From assembly GCA_964016885.1 (NCBI GenBank), contig OZ024742.1:350486001-350550000 (forward strand): a DNA stretch of 64,000 nucleotides, read 5' to 3'. The DNA comes from Eledone cirrhosa (lineage: Eukaryota). Below the pieces are notes generated by a model. It made no database searches. It saw only the letters and a program-made list of their open reading frames with translations, and was not told the DNA's origin. The position numbers were made by a program, and so were the translations under genes. Shown one piece after another: positions 39,571 to 55,469 of this stretch (the stretch's first letter is position 1; the number at the start of each line of letters is the position of its first letter).

Positions 39571-39630
<60 letters not shown>

Positions 39631-39636
<6 letters not shown>

Positions 39637-39784
39637 CGAAGGAAGTGTGGTAAGGAACCAAGTGGACTATAACGCGCCAGAGTACTCGATATTTTGGGTA
39701 GTAGAGTGGGTAATTTTTGGACTGAGTCCAGACATAGCCGTCGAGACGGCTCGAGCTCTACGTTGGGATCCTGAACTTTTCCTA
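39631..39784 (-). mobile_element. (TA)n-inserted hairpin element, internally deleted
   Basis: Same termini TATAACGAAGGAAG and TTTCCTA; most of one arm lost. Confidence 0.75.
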
Positions 39785-41136
39785 CATATATATATATCTA
39801 GTGCGGGTAAAATTCCCGAGATCCACGGACGAGTTCTCTCCAGCGGTCTCTGTCCCTTATTATCGCTCCCAAAAGTCAGCTCAAAAGTGACACAGAGGAG
39901 ACTGAGGTTAGCTGTATATGTTCACTTAGAGTCAGATTTTGGAATCTACACATAAATCAATATCGTCTTTGCTGTTGTTTATTCTTTCGGACCACACAAT
40001 TATATCTACATATCTCATATTAGCACACATGATCTATAACAGATGAACTTAATTCTAAGTACATTATCTTATTACTCTTACACTCCTTTGACACTCTTAT
40101 TTCCTTCTTATTATTATTATTATCATCGAATGTACCCTATCCCTAATTTTATTCATCATGTTCTATATCTATTTACCATGCATGTTTTATTGTTGATGTT
40201 ATTGTCTTAATTATACGCTATTTGTTATTGATGTTGCGAAACCTAAACCCCCATGATTCGAACTAACAATCCTAACATTTAGAATAAGCCACCTAAACCT
40301 TAACATACTGAATCTACAACTTCACTTAATACCAGTTACCTAAGAATCATAAATCTTTATACACTCACTCCATCAATCTCATTAAGTTGATACAACAGAA
40401 AAAAATACTTATCTGTCAAACCATAAATCAATCTCCGGTTTATTGCTAGTGGGCTTTCAGACCCACAGCACACTTGTATCTAAATCCCTCATAATTGCAC
40501 TTAAAGTGTAGATTCCAAAATCTGACTAAGTAGATTTTATTAGATATTTCTTCATCTAAGTTAATTCATCCCTCAACTACTACCTCTAAAGTACCCTATG
40601 GTAGATTTCGCATGTCAATTCATACATCTGTAACATCTCTGTTCGTTTACCATGCTTCTTTTATCATTATATTCTATTTCTTACTTATATTGATGTTATT
40701 ATTTTAATTCTTCAGTATCTAGATAATTTGTTACTGATGTTATTGTTCTGGTCTAACACCACTCTTCTATAAAAGCCATGCTTTGCGTATTATCCTCACA
40801 TCCACACGCTCTGATGAATTGACTGGTTGTAAACAAAGTATTGGAGATCGATTGACGCAACACCAAGCGATTAGTGAGCTCTAGACCTACCAGATCAACG
40901 AAATAATTTTCAGCACTGTGAATAAATCCCTTATTGTACAGCCAACCATGTTACTCTTCTTTCTTGAATTATTATTACTCGAAGTATAACCTACATAGAA
41001 ATCACCGCGAACTCGCTGCATCACTATGAAAGCATCTTGTTGAGTCAAACTAAGCCATACGTTAAAACCATCCACAACACGAAGTACTCTAACTAGACTA
41101 CCTATAACGATAACTTGTTATCCTGTATATATATAT

Positions 41137-41187
<51 letters not shown>

Positions 41188-41312
41188 TATATATATATAA
41201 TATATATATAGAGAGAGAGAGAAAGGGAGAGAGAGACCATCCTGAATGCTGAATTTGTCCGTATAGGGTAGGCCGTATGAGCACTCGATGCTCTTATAGA
41301 GCAGAGTACGAT

Positions 41313-41516
41313 AACACAGAAAAAAAGAGAATCAGTGTTGCGACGAATGGAATACGTCTTGATTCTACGAAGAAGCAAGACGTTTCTGAGGTCCTTGCGA
41401 TTTTCAGAGTCAGGTTCGATCATCAGATCGATCGTGCCTCGAGCTGGTCGCCAGAGAAACGATTGTAATACATCAAATAAATTCCATTCTTCGCAACACT
41501 TATTCTCTTTTTTTCT

Positions 41517-41520
<4 letters not shown>
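41313..41520 (-). repeat. ~40-bp inverted repeats enclosing a decayed hammerhead motif
   Basis: Arms 41313-41352 and 41481-41520; minus strand CTGATGA...GAAA CGTCTTG-CTTCT-TCGT-AGAAT-CAAGACG TA. Confidence 0.6.
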
Positions 41521-41548
<28 letters not shown>

Positions 41549-41620
41549 CGCATGCATCGACAGTCTATCGACTTTCAAATACAGGTGTATGTAATATGCA
41601 CATATATATAATATATATAG

Positions 41621-41668
<48 letters not shown>

Positions 41669-41712
41669 TGACTATATTTTGGTTGTCTAATAAACGAAGT
41701 CAAATTTTACTT

Positions 41713-41768
<56 letters not shown>

Positions 41769-41874
41769 CATACATACATACATACACACATACATACACA
41801 CACATATATATACATACAATCATACATAAATATATATACTTACATTTGCACACATACACACACACACACACATG

Positions 41875-41915
<41 letters not shown>

Positions 41916-41963
41916 GCATACACAAACATACAATTACATATATACAAACACATACATACATAG

Positions 41964-42047
<84 letters not shown>

Positions 42048-42546
42048 ATAATGAAATATGAAATATTTGCCAAACTGAGCAAGAGATGTATATTGTTCCA
42101 AGTGAACTTGACGAAATATCTCACACTTTCACCTGGGAGTAATAAAATCCAAAGCAAATTAAAGTATCAAAGACATGTCTTTTAGAGATATTTCCGTTTT
42201 CTCCGGTGTCTCATCTTACACAAGTTTGAAATTTAGATTCCGTTGGTGAAAATATTCTTCTAAATGGAAGGGTGGATATCAAAGAACCATAGAAGTTGTA
42301 AAGTCATGTTTATACACAACGGAACAGAAATCTCTGCAAGTTATTGACCAGAGATAAATATGCAGATATAAAACATCTCTGGTGACAGCGTATGAGAATT
42401 TTCAGAATTAATAATTTTGCCAATGAATAGTAAAGTGATATCACACATAAAACGACAGAGTTCCTCAATGAACCACAACACAGTTTACTAAGAATCTAGG
42501 TTCAATTCCTGGATGTATCCGTTTATTTATGGCTTTACTCTTTAAC

Positions 42547-42950
42547 AATAATAGTTTCTGATTTAGGTACAAGCCCAACAACTCTAAGATGAGGTGAAAG
42601 TTTTTAACCGACCCCTGTGTGTTACTGGTACTTTATGTTATCGAGCCCATAATGATGATATGTAAAGCTAACCTCGGCAGGATTTGAACTCAGAACGGAA
42701 AGGGATGTATCTACATGCCACAATGCATGTTGCCAGGGGTTTTACAGATATTGCTAACTCACCAAATTAAGATAATGTTTCGGTGTATGTTTGAAAGTCA
42801 ATTAAATCGACTCCAGTTGGTTACTGACACTTTAGCGACCTCTTAAGGGTGAAAAGCAAAGTTAACCTCGATGGGATTTGAACTCATAACATAAAGGGAC
42901 GTAACTGCCTGCGGCTTGTTATTTGACACTCCAATACTCCCAACCAGCGT
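42547..42950 (-). mobile_element. Two adjacent diverged SINE copies
   Basis: AAAG(C/T)TAACCTCG..GGATTTGAACTCA at about 42665 and 42860. Confidence 0.7.
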
Positions 42951-45434
42951 CACAAAACAATAATAATCCAAGAATGTTGTGCAACCATCACAGGATTAAT
43001 TCCTTTGTTAGAAATTGTAACCAAATCTCCTATCACTGTTTATCTTTGTAAAAGGATACATTGAATAAAGTGCTCCACAATCTACAACTGTGTTTTTATG
43101 TCAAAAATAAAATAAAAATAAGACAAAACATGAGATGTCAGATATATAATGTTGTGGTCTGCTAGAAATAACAACCAAATCTCCTTACAATCTCTTCTGA
43201 CTCTGTTGCAAAAGGAGTATATATTGGGTCACATGGGACTTGATACCCTATTTCAGAATTAAAAGATGGAATAGACATGATTGGAACATGTTTAGTCATA
43301 TCTGTGTTCAATCAGGGTTAATGGGAAGTCAATAAAGCAATAAAACTAATACTCAGCAAAAAAAGCCTGAGTGTCACACACTATAATTTTCATCATCTAA
43401 TAAATCCGATACCTATGTCAGAAACATTTTCTAAAATATTTCAATTTGAAAGAATATATTATTCAGAAAGTTTCAATATGTCATTCGTACTGTAATTATG
43501 AATGACGAGAAAAAAGAAACAATTGCGAAATAAATTGAATTCTAATAGCCCCTAAAATTTAATTAAGCATAGATAACTTTCGAATGATATCATGCTGGTT
43601 ATATGAATTCAGGAAGTTACATGAAGTTCTTTTGACAGCCGTCAAGTGAAAGCTATTCGCTAAAATGTAACTGTTGTATCTATAATTATTACCGGGAGTG
43701 GAAAGTTTCCTAGATCCGATATAGCCATTATAAGCCAATTTGAAATCTAGTTTCAATTCCCAGTTGCTGCCAGCTTATTTTCTTTCTGTAAGTAATTAAC
43801 TCACAAGTCATTAATTTCACGTAGTCTTCAATATCTCCTATCATTTTGTCGCAGAATAACGTACATAGATGTGAACTTACATGACCGGAGAGTCAGCACC
43901 AAACAAGTTAGATGTATAAACTAGATAAGTCATGTATAGAATTCAATTTCGATTAATTTCGTTCCTCTTTGGGGAGAGGTTAAATCACCAATGTTCTAAA
44001 AAAATATGTTGTTTGGTAGATATAGAATATAAAAGATGTAGACATGCAATTCCGATGTTTGTATAGCTTAGGTTAAACGAAAGCTACTCAGGTCTTTTTG
44101 AAGCAAAGATTAATGCGAATGTAAGTTGAATTGTTATATCAAGAAAAATATCTAATATATGGTAAATATTTAAATACGTGGAAGTATGAGAATTCTAACT
44201 AAAATGACATCATTTAATTTATAATAAAGTTTCCAAAATAGATAGAGGAAAATTAATCGGCTTCATCTATTTCTCTACAAAATCAGACCTTAAGATTCCA
44301 AAATCAAAATGATAATTAAATATCGTTGAGAGGTCTTTTGATAGCTGAGAGACATATAATTAGATTTAAGATATTTTATTTATTATTTGGTAATTGTAGG
44401 TCTTTGGAGAATATCGTAATTGGAGTTCCCCAGTTCGAACCAATTAAATAAATACCAGAATATGTTAAAAGCAATTTATTCAATACAACCAGTCCAAGCA
44501 AAATTTTAGATATTTATTTTGTGGATAACAATTTAAAATAAAATATGGAACCAATGTAAACATTCGTAATAAATGAAATAGATAAAATATAAACATTTAA
44601 AGAATCTTAGTACAAGATCCAGATTTTAAAATCTATCAATACCGATGTATCCATTATCGCCCTCATGACAGAATATCGATCGAATATACTTCTGTTTGTT
44701 TGTTATATAGAAAAAGGTATTTCTACCCATAGTATTGAATCTCAAATGAGGGTCGTTTTACGAGTTTGCCATACGAAATACACAGGATTTAGAAAATGCT
44801 AGAATTTTCATATAAACTAAAGAACAAAAACGTGGTCCTAATTCTTATAGATTACATGTTAAACGAAAAAGAATAAGTTCCTCTATTTTCTACTATCAGC
44901 TCACCACTTATTATAGAAGTATTCTAACATAATGGTGAGGGTGTAAAACATTTTCGATTCTCCTTTGAGGCATGGGCATTATTGATATTTGTGCTAGTCA
45001 ATTACAGTCTTGGATGCCTTCTCCAGTACGTTACATTTATTCTACACAATATCTGACATAATATGGGACACCAGATTTATACATTTATGGGAATCCCTGT
45101 TAGTCTAATCTCAACCCCATCGTTTTCAAAAGATTTATTCAGGATATATTTTAGAAGAAACATATTAGGATTGTCATCCTTCAATGATAAAAAGTAACGC
45201 ATACACAGTCCAGGTACACAACTCACCAAATCAAGATTGTGTAAAACAGAACAAAGAGGAGACAAGGTAACACAAGAGTCACTAAATAAGTCACAGAATG
45301 TGTGACGAAAGAAATTGACAATCAACAGCTAAACAAGCATCCGTTCATTAAACTAAATGAAGGGAAGTTCTAATAAAGTGAACTGAAACATAGGAGGCGC
45401 GTTTGCTTTTATTAGCAGCATGGCAGCCAATAAA

Positions 45435-45622
45435 ATTATAATTGTATATATATGCCAAATTATAACTATATATATCCCAAATTATAACTATATATAAATA
45501 TTATAACTATATATAAATATTATAACTATATATATACCCCAAATTATAACTATATATATACCCAAAATTATAACTATATATAAATATTATAACTATAAAT
45601 AGCCCAAATTATAACTATATAC
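45435..45622. repeat. AT-rich ~20-25-bp minisatellite
   Basis: Repeated ATTATAACTATATATA with CCC or AAT linkers. Confidence 0.8.
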
Positions 45623-46859
45623 AAATATACATATAATAAAACAAAAAAATAAATGGCAAATAAAGTGTAAGAAATACGTGGACGAGGGTACAACACCAAG
45701 AACCAGAAAATCAGAGTATAGAAAATTTAGCGAACCTCCCAGACAAAGTACATTTGTATAGGTAAGGGTTAATGCATATATCAGCAAACCTCCACCGAAA
45801 TATACTTGACACATATACACAACAGCGATTAACCTCATTTGTCCATGAATGGTAATACACAACAGCGATTAAACTCATTTGTCCATGAATGGTAATTTTA
45901 ACACTATGAACAAATACCGATTGCTCGTTTCCTTCGTTGAACAAGGAGGAAAAATGCAGTTTTCACACAGTTGCTGGACTTACTAGATATAGGACAGCAA
46001 TGTCCTTCAAAACAAACTTCAGTCACATTAGATAAGATCAGATAACCTGGATAATCTAGTCCTTGATATATTCTACTGGATGGGAAAACATGTTTCTCAC
46101 ATTTGACATGATTATAATCGGAGCTCTAATAGTCTATAAATGGTTGATGGATAATGATGAAAAACATTGACAATAACGACCTCAATATTAACCTCCTAGC
46201 CTATAAATAGGACACTTTATGGTGGAATTAACACGCACACATTCGCCAATGAACCCAACAACAACGTATGTCTAAACATGTGCAAGCGTCAACCTGGCTG
46301 TTTGGGACACGTCACAAAACTCCGGAGTGAGAGACATGCTAATCAGGTACTGTATTGGTACACCCATTGAAAGAGGCGAAGAGGATGCCATAGATGAACT
46401 GGTGGCAGACAATCGAGAGATGTTAAATCCATTTAAACGATGTATTGACAGATGCAATTGACCACCTCAAGATGCTGTCGCTTCTAATCTAGGTCTAATT
46501 TTAACGTAATTCTCAAACCGAATTATATTTAAAATCTGTGCCAAAGCTAAACTACGGTTACAAAGAAATCTGATGTACTGCCACATGGTTTACGTATATC
46601 CAATTTTACTCAAGGCTTGGGTCGACCTGCAGCTATAATCGCTATACTACTAAAACTCTATAATTGTGTTCTTGTCTGTAATTTAATACAGCCAAAACGG
46701 CGCATGATGGGAAAATACATTGAACGGAAGTTTTCCCTGAAATGGGAATACAAATGGAATAAATCAAGTTTCGTGTAAATCGGGACATGGGTTCTCGAAA
46801 TAGAGAGAGAGAAAGATATGAAAAAAGAAATAGTGGCCGTGAGAGAGTAGATTGAAAGA

Positions 46860-46914
<55 letters not shown>

Positions 46915-47338
46915 CAAACACACACACATATATATATATATATGGGCCATCCAATTTCATTTACATGATACACATGTGTGTGTATATTTCATTTAAACAT
47001 TATTTTTAAGTGTACGTGATTAAAAAAATATTTTAAAGTGATCGTGAGCCAATGGGTCAGGGATGGTCTAGTAAAAGATAGGAGGTGAAGCTGCCACGTA
47101 TTATAATGGATCACGGAATCTGATGATAGCGAAACAAACTTCATAATTTAACTATCCCTGCATCCTCACTCCCTTTTGAATACATAGTTCCCAGTATAGG
47201 TATCACCCAGACAGATATATAATAAATATACTACAGTAACCATTTCACAACCGCTATAACTATTAATATACTATTACTATAATATCGTTATCAACTATGA
47301 TATATACATACATACACACATTCGTACACACACACATT

Positions 47339-47426
<88 letters not shown>

Positions 47427-47803
47427 CGTTCCCTGGCAAAGAACGGATAAAAACGAAGATAATACGTCATAATTTGGAACGTGAAAACAATTACACGCAA
47501 AGACAAAACCACGTTTATGGAATAAATGAAGTCGTAGACTAAAATTCTATTAAGGAAACCGAATGATTCTCGGCTTCAGAGTTAAGAATAAAGTAAAAGA
47601 AATATTTGATTCGGCGTTCACAGATTGATTTTTTTAGTTCCAGAAGATCTCGTTAAGGGTGAAAGCAGTGATTCTTTGCTTAAACTTTAATCTGTTATTT
47701 TAATAAATATTTGCTCTACGGTTCTTATATATTTGATATATATTTATCCTTATCGAGCCCTCTTTGGATTTTAGTCTTCAAATTTACTATCAACTATTAT
47801 TAT

Positions 47804-47859
<56 letters not shown>

Positions 47860-47979
47860 ACTAGAAATTGATTGACATATATATATATATATTTATATAG
47901 GTATTCCGTCTGTTACAGAAACATATGTCAATACCTAATAAATTCCTTTTTAAAAAAAGCACTTTCATTTTATATTCAT

Positions 47980-48216
<237 letters not shown>

Positions 48217-48299
48217 AAGTAAGTCCTTCATCAGTGACCCTCCAACCGTCCAAGGCATTTCATATGCACCACCATTTGCAACGCGCAGCCATCATTATT

Positions 48300-48364
<65 letters not shown>

Positions 48365-48366
<2 letters not shown>

Positions 48367-51190
48367 GCGATTATTTAACAAATTTTGAATACAAAACCAG
48401 CAATCTTTACGGACTTCCGAAGATCCACAAATGTAAAATAATCAACGATGCCTGTAAACAATCCATCTCAGCCTGCGTGAACACACAATACCCCACAGAC
48501 CTTAAATTAAGACCAATTGTAGCGGGCCCACAATGTGAAACACACAGATTGAGCAACTTTATAGACATACTACTGAAACCAATACTGAAACACATACCAA
48601 GCCTTGTAAGAGACGATCTGGACCTCTTAAACCACCTCCCTAAACATGTCAACAACGACACTATTATTGTGTCTTTCGATGTAGTGAATCTCTACACAAC
48701 GATCCCACACCAATACGGACTAGAAGCAATAGGATTCTGGCTAGATTAAAATTCATCCTACAGAACAACTTTTTTGATTTCGATGGCAATACTTACAAGC
48801 AAATATCGGGGACTGCGATGGGCACAAAAGCCGCTCCAACTTATGCCAACTTAGTCATGGCATACTTAGAAGTCCAGATATATGAACAGTCCAAATCAAA
48901 ATACGGATTGAACTTCCACAAATATTTATCAGAGAATTGGAAACGCTACTTGGATGATTGCCTCATTCTTTGGTCCCACACACTCGACCAACTGAAGGAT
49001 TTCAAAAACTTAATAAACGGCATCAATAACCACATCCAATTCACAATGGAATACAGCCAAGATCAACTCCCATTTCTGGACATCTTAATCACAAAAAAGA
49101 CACAAATATCGAAACTGACATACACTACAAACCAACAGATTCCAAACAATATCTGCTATTCACCTCCAACCACCCAAAGCACACGAAGACGAACATTCCT
49201 TTTAACCTAGCAAGAAGAATTTGCACAATTGTCTCCAATTATGAAACGCGAAATAAAAGACTTCAAGAATTAAAGAAAATTCTACTTGAGAGAGAGTACC
49301 CACTATTACTAATAAATAATGGAATAGAAAGGGCTAAAGCAATAGGCATTGATGAATTACGGAAACAGAAACAAATTCAAGGTACGTCCAATATTCTATC
49401 ATATATCTCAACACACAACCCAAGAAATGCGGACGCTTACAACACTATTCACAATAACATCCCACTACTAAAACAAAACCCAAGAATGAAAAAAGCCCTT
49501 GAAACACACAAAATAATCAAAAGCAAAAGACAACCAAAATCACTGAAAACATTACTCACCAATGCCAAATTACCTACCACAAACCCACAACCAAGTATCA
49601 AAAAATGTGGTCGCTCTAATTGTGGAACCTGCACTCACCTCATTGAAGGCAACACGTATACATTTAAATCAGGACAAAATTTTACTGTAAAAAATCACTT
49701 CACTTGCTCATCAAAAAATCTAGTTTATGCCATTAAATGTAAAGGATGCAATGAAGATTATATAGGACAAACTAAACTCACACTCAGAAACAGAATGACA
49801 GTTCATCGCCAACAATTACGAGATCCAACCACGAGACAGATACCACTAAGTGCACATCTAGACATTTGCGCAAGTAATAAGACACCCAAATTCCAAGTCT
49901 TCCCATTTTACCTTTGCGCTAACAATACAACAGAACAAATGCGAATAAATAAGGAAAATATGTTTATTCAAAAATATAGACCAACATTAAATAAGGTTTA
50001 ATATACATTATGTCAACACCACAATATGACATACACACACACACATAACACCTTCTACTTTAGAAAATAAAAACCCGAACTAAATAAACCTTAACATACG
50101 CTTGCACTGGCAATACAACAGCAAACACGAAAAAGTAAGGAAAATATGTTCATTCAAAAATATTGCTACTAAAGGAATCACTTTCCTACACACACACATA
50201 CACACACACACAATATATATATATATTCTCTTCATCTTAACATGCTAACCATACTCCCACACACATAACACCCATACACACACATAACAACCCCCACACC
50301 TACAACTCCCTCCCCATTTCTACTAATAGAACCACTTTCCTACACACATATATATATACACACACACAAAATATATATTCTCTCCATCTTAACATACTCG
50401 CACACACACACATAACACCCATATACACACACACACAACTCCCTCCCCCATCTCTACTAATAGAATCATCTTCCAATACACACATACACACACACACACA
50501 CACACATACACACACACAAGCACACAAATAAACATACATATCTTCAGTCTCAATAGAAAATCTGAACTCTGGCGAGTTGGCCATATTCACTGAACCAGAA
50601 CATTTCTCCCAATCCCTTTTCTCTTGACCACTATCTCTCCATTGTCATAACATTCACTATAAAGACTACAGAATAGTTTTCCAAATAAGGGCGCAAAAAT
50701 GTTATAAAAACTTGTTCACGTGACAGCCAAATTTCATTTATAACCAACCAAAAAAAAGCCTTCGTGAGCCTCCTTTTTTCAAGTAAAAAGAAATTCAAAC
50801 ACTCATATATGAAAAAACAACCTGTGACAATCCCCCACCCCCTCTCTTATTTGAAGAACTATTGTAACGCAAACTGGCGCGAAATTTATTATAATTATTG
50901 ACAAACCAATCAAATTACTTCTCGAAAAACCTGGAATTTCGAGCCACTTTTTCCATATAAAACAAGTAACATTCAGAGACCAACCAGATGTGAGAAAAAC
51001 CACAGACCCTCCATCTCAACTCACCTTTTGAAAAGCAGAAGAACTGCGAAACCGGTAAAGGAACCAAATAAATATATATATATTTTAAAAAAAATAAGAC
51101 TTCAGTTGTATTTTCGATTTCATCTCTTTTTCTTTATACTTTCACTCGTGTAGGACACCTCGGTTATTTTTCATTTTGTAAAAAAAACCT
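48365..51190 (+). mobile_element. Penelope-like element (Neptune-type linker), 5'-truncated; RT + GIY-YIG, with 3' non-coding pLTR region
   Basis: [53 protein letters not shown]; CGRSNCGTC linker; LVYAIKCKGC..YIGQT..LRNRM..H. One internal deletion and frameshifts; coding ends at 50001; flanked by (TA)n. Confidence 0.93.
51024..51061 (+). ncRNA. Minimal hammerhead ribozyme in the PLE 3' region (U3-A8 core)
   Basis: CCTT TTGAAAA GCAG-AAGAA-CTGC GAAA CCGG TA AAGG; same strand as the PLE ORF. Confidence 0.85.
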
Positions 51191-51199
51191 CACTTTCTA

Positions 51200-51394
<195 letters not shown>

Positions 51395-51446
51395 TATAAA
51401 CATGTAAATATATATATATTTATATATATATATATATATATATACA

Positions 51447-51769
<323 letters not shown>

Positions 51770-51794
51770 ATATATGTATATATATTTATATATA

Positions 51795-51835
<41 letters not shown>

Positions 51836-52097
51836 CGAGCCCTCTTTGGATTTTAGTCTTGAAAGTTATTATTATTACTATATATTTATATATATATATA
51901 TATATTTATAATAATAATAATAGTAATAATAATAAATTTGAAGACTAAAATCCAAAGAAGGCTCGATAAGGATAAATATATATCAAATATATAAGAACCG
52001 TAGAGCAAATATTTACTAAAATAACAGATTAAAGTTTAAGCAAAGAATCGGTGCTTATATATATATATTTATATATATATATTTATATATATATATT

Positions 52098-52260
<163 letters not shown>

Positions 52261-52299
52261 ATGTATGTAAGTGTGTCTGTGCGTTTGTATATATAAATA

Positions 52300-52437
<138 letters not shown>

Positions 52438-53619
52438 CTCTGACAGTGTAGTCAGATTTGACTAGATTCATGGAAAAAAAACGGTTTGCGTCTGAAATAC
52501 AGTGCTTTATGTCAACTTCTATTACATCTACCTAACTTTAATATCTTCTTTCTACTACGGAGCTTATGGTCAAATCTAATATTATACAATACTCAATTGT
52601 GTCAGTCAATCTATGTTACATCTAGAAAATAGCATTACCAGGATCCTCTTGTGCATTCTCCACAAAATATTTATGAAAATTGAAGGTTTCGTTTTTATTC
52701 GTGTATCAGAACTAATAATAAATGACTATCTTATATACCAAAAACAAAATAAATTACAATTGATTGGTTCAATCTACAGTTTTTATTGGCAATTATTCCA
52801 TCGAACACTCAACTAATGGTTTCTAATGTAGGCGTGAATCCAGTAAATTAAAGTGAAGGGTAGAATTGATTAAATAAATTCCAGTACCTGATTGCTAATT
52901 TATTTTATCGAACCTAGAAGAATGAAAAGCAAAGTTATCTTCGGTGCGATATTATCTGACCATGTTTAAGCCCAGAACATATAACATGATAGTTTTATCT
53001 GACTCCCTCCTAATTCTGCCATCCCGTCACCCGATCGAGCACAAATATATTGAAATTTAAAATTATCTCCGACAAAATTGAATTCCGAATTCCTACATAA
53101 ACCTACATAAATTGATGTTGTAACCCTTATCATTCGACATCAGATATAATTGTCAGGGACCGTCTTAATCTGAGGCACATCATCCCCTCTTTTTTAATAA
53201 TATAAGATGTTATTTCTGCTATATGGCAAATCCCGGATCCCATATATATGATTTGTAATATGTTTAGCAATTTTTATCAACAAAATCAACATCTTTGGAA
53301 TTTGAACGCAGAATATTAGATATAGTTGTTCATTTCACAGTTGGTATCGATTCTGTCAATCCACTAAAAAATAAATAGTAAGTGTTCCTTATATAGCACC
53401 AGTACTGGTCGATTAAATCGATTCCAGTGTTTGAGCTATCGAGTCCGGCATGATAACACCGGAGATTTAAATTGAAATTGCTAAGAGATGTACCTCACTA
53501 ATCCAATCATTTTGCCGTTATTCTACTAATTCTGAGAAATAGGAAGAATGTACCAGCATCGGGTTTAACTATGAGTGTTCTAGGTGTTCAATCAACGTAA
53601 AAACCGCCTCTGAAATTGA

Positions 53620-53850
53620 TGTGAAGTGTCTAAGCATTCCACGGTCTCGTGTACACTTAATGTGTGACAAATCTGACCCTTTGTATTACAGGTACAACCC
53701 ATCCGACGGGTTTTCAACTCGTTTCCGTCTACTAAACTTTACTCCTAAGGCCTAGCTGGAACCACGGCTGTAGTAAATGACACTTGCTCAAGATGACACA
53801 CAATGACATCTAACATAGCATCTAATGATTGCGAAGTGAACAACTTAACG
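53620..53850 (-). mobile_element. Old SINE remnant (third family)
   Basis: Minus strand CTTGAGCAAGTGTC...GTAGACGGAAAC...CCCGTCG resembles cephalopod SINE bodies as I recall them. Confidence 0.5.
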
Positions 53851-55183
53851 ATTCAACTAACTTTGATAAATAACATTTACCAAGAAACTAGCCGCAAACA
53901 CGATTTGAAAGCTGCAAAGATGAGGTTGTCTTTTCGACAACTTCATTTGTCAACACAATTCTTACATACAAAAATAAAATATCCATTAATTGTAAAGAGA
54001 GAGACGGAAGAGTGTTAACATATATACATTTAACATGTGGACAGATATATGAATCAAGTTAAATGGTTTTACACGGAAATGAAAACCGTTTCTCGTACTT
54101 TGTTTTACCGGAACTTGTCTTTATGAGTTCTCACGTTATATCACATTTTCTTACGTAGCAATCATTTTCAAAATTATTTCTAAGATTTAGCTAATGATGA
54201 AAATAAGAAGAAAACTTTTGGCGTAAAAGTAAGAGACTTTGACAATAACGTATGGATGAAAAGTTGAAAAGAAAATTAAAACGTTAAACACTTTGAATGT
54301 TTGTTTAGTTTACTTCAAATAGATGAAAGCAGAACCCAGCGGAAATCACCAATTAGATGGTTTTAGGATTCCAATATTTCTTCTTAAGACATTATACGAA
54401 ATATAATTTAGGCCGGTTATCTCCGAAGCGATTCTACAAAGTGATCTGCAGCTATAGAAAATTGATCAGAAATTTAATAACTATAAAGTTTTGGGTATTT
54501 ATTTCCAAGGGTCGTATTTTATTGCTACTACACTTTCATAAATAAAGTTTGTGAAAGGATGAAGAAATAATATTGAAAATTACTACATTACTATTTATTA
54601 CATCTGATAGTATATATATATATATATATATATATAGCTACACAGATATAGATATTCCATAGTTTAGAGATCGACATTTTCTCCTTGTTTTGTGTTTTTA
54701 AAATTAATAGTGAGATATTTAGTTTGAAGTATCTAGCTGTTGCTGAAAGTTTCTACATCTCCATTGAAAGCTAACATCACAGTTGAATATTATATTAGCT
54801 TCCCTTTGAAAGTACAATAGAAGTTACTGCTATACGGCTTTCTAAAGCCGCATTATTATTATTGTTATACTATTATTATTATTAGTAGTAGTAGTAGTCG
54901 TAGTATCATCATCATCATCAGCAGCAACAGTAGTAGTAGTATGAATTTTACGATCAGTAAAAAAGCAGGTTTTTTTTCTTTAATTCACTTCAGTGTAAAT
55001 TAGAGTAAATCCGGTAATTGAGGGAAACATTTTCCAAAGTAACAACATTATCTTCAGCAAAAGTAAAATACAGGAATACACATAGAGAAGAATCGAAATC
55101 TCATTTTCTTAAACTATTTTAAGTTTGGCTGCTTCCATTGTTAACATATATCTATATATATCAACATAAACGTGTAAATATAT

Positions 55184-55235
<52 letters not shown>

Positions 55236-55384
55236 TCATATATACCTGTGTTAATTTATATATATATTAATATAATTACAAACATATATAATTTCTCATC
55301 TATATATATATATAAATATAAACATACGTATATACATACATATGTACTGCATACATGTACATATATATCGATTCATAGCTAATA

Positions 55385-55469
<85 letters not shown>

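Noticed and set aside
40807-40870. CGCT-CTGATGA...AGCG hammerhead-like remnant
   Set aside because: GAAA and the cleavage triplet are absent; too decayed to call
40887-41075. GIY-YIG-like DFYVGYTS ORF
   Set aside because: Single short motif without the upstream strand or downstream conserved residues
47115-47150. CTGATGA-TAGC-GAAA motif
   Set aside because: No room for helix II and no helix I complementarity
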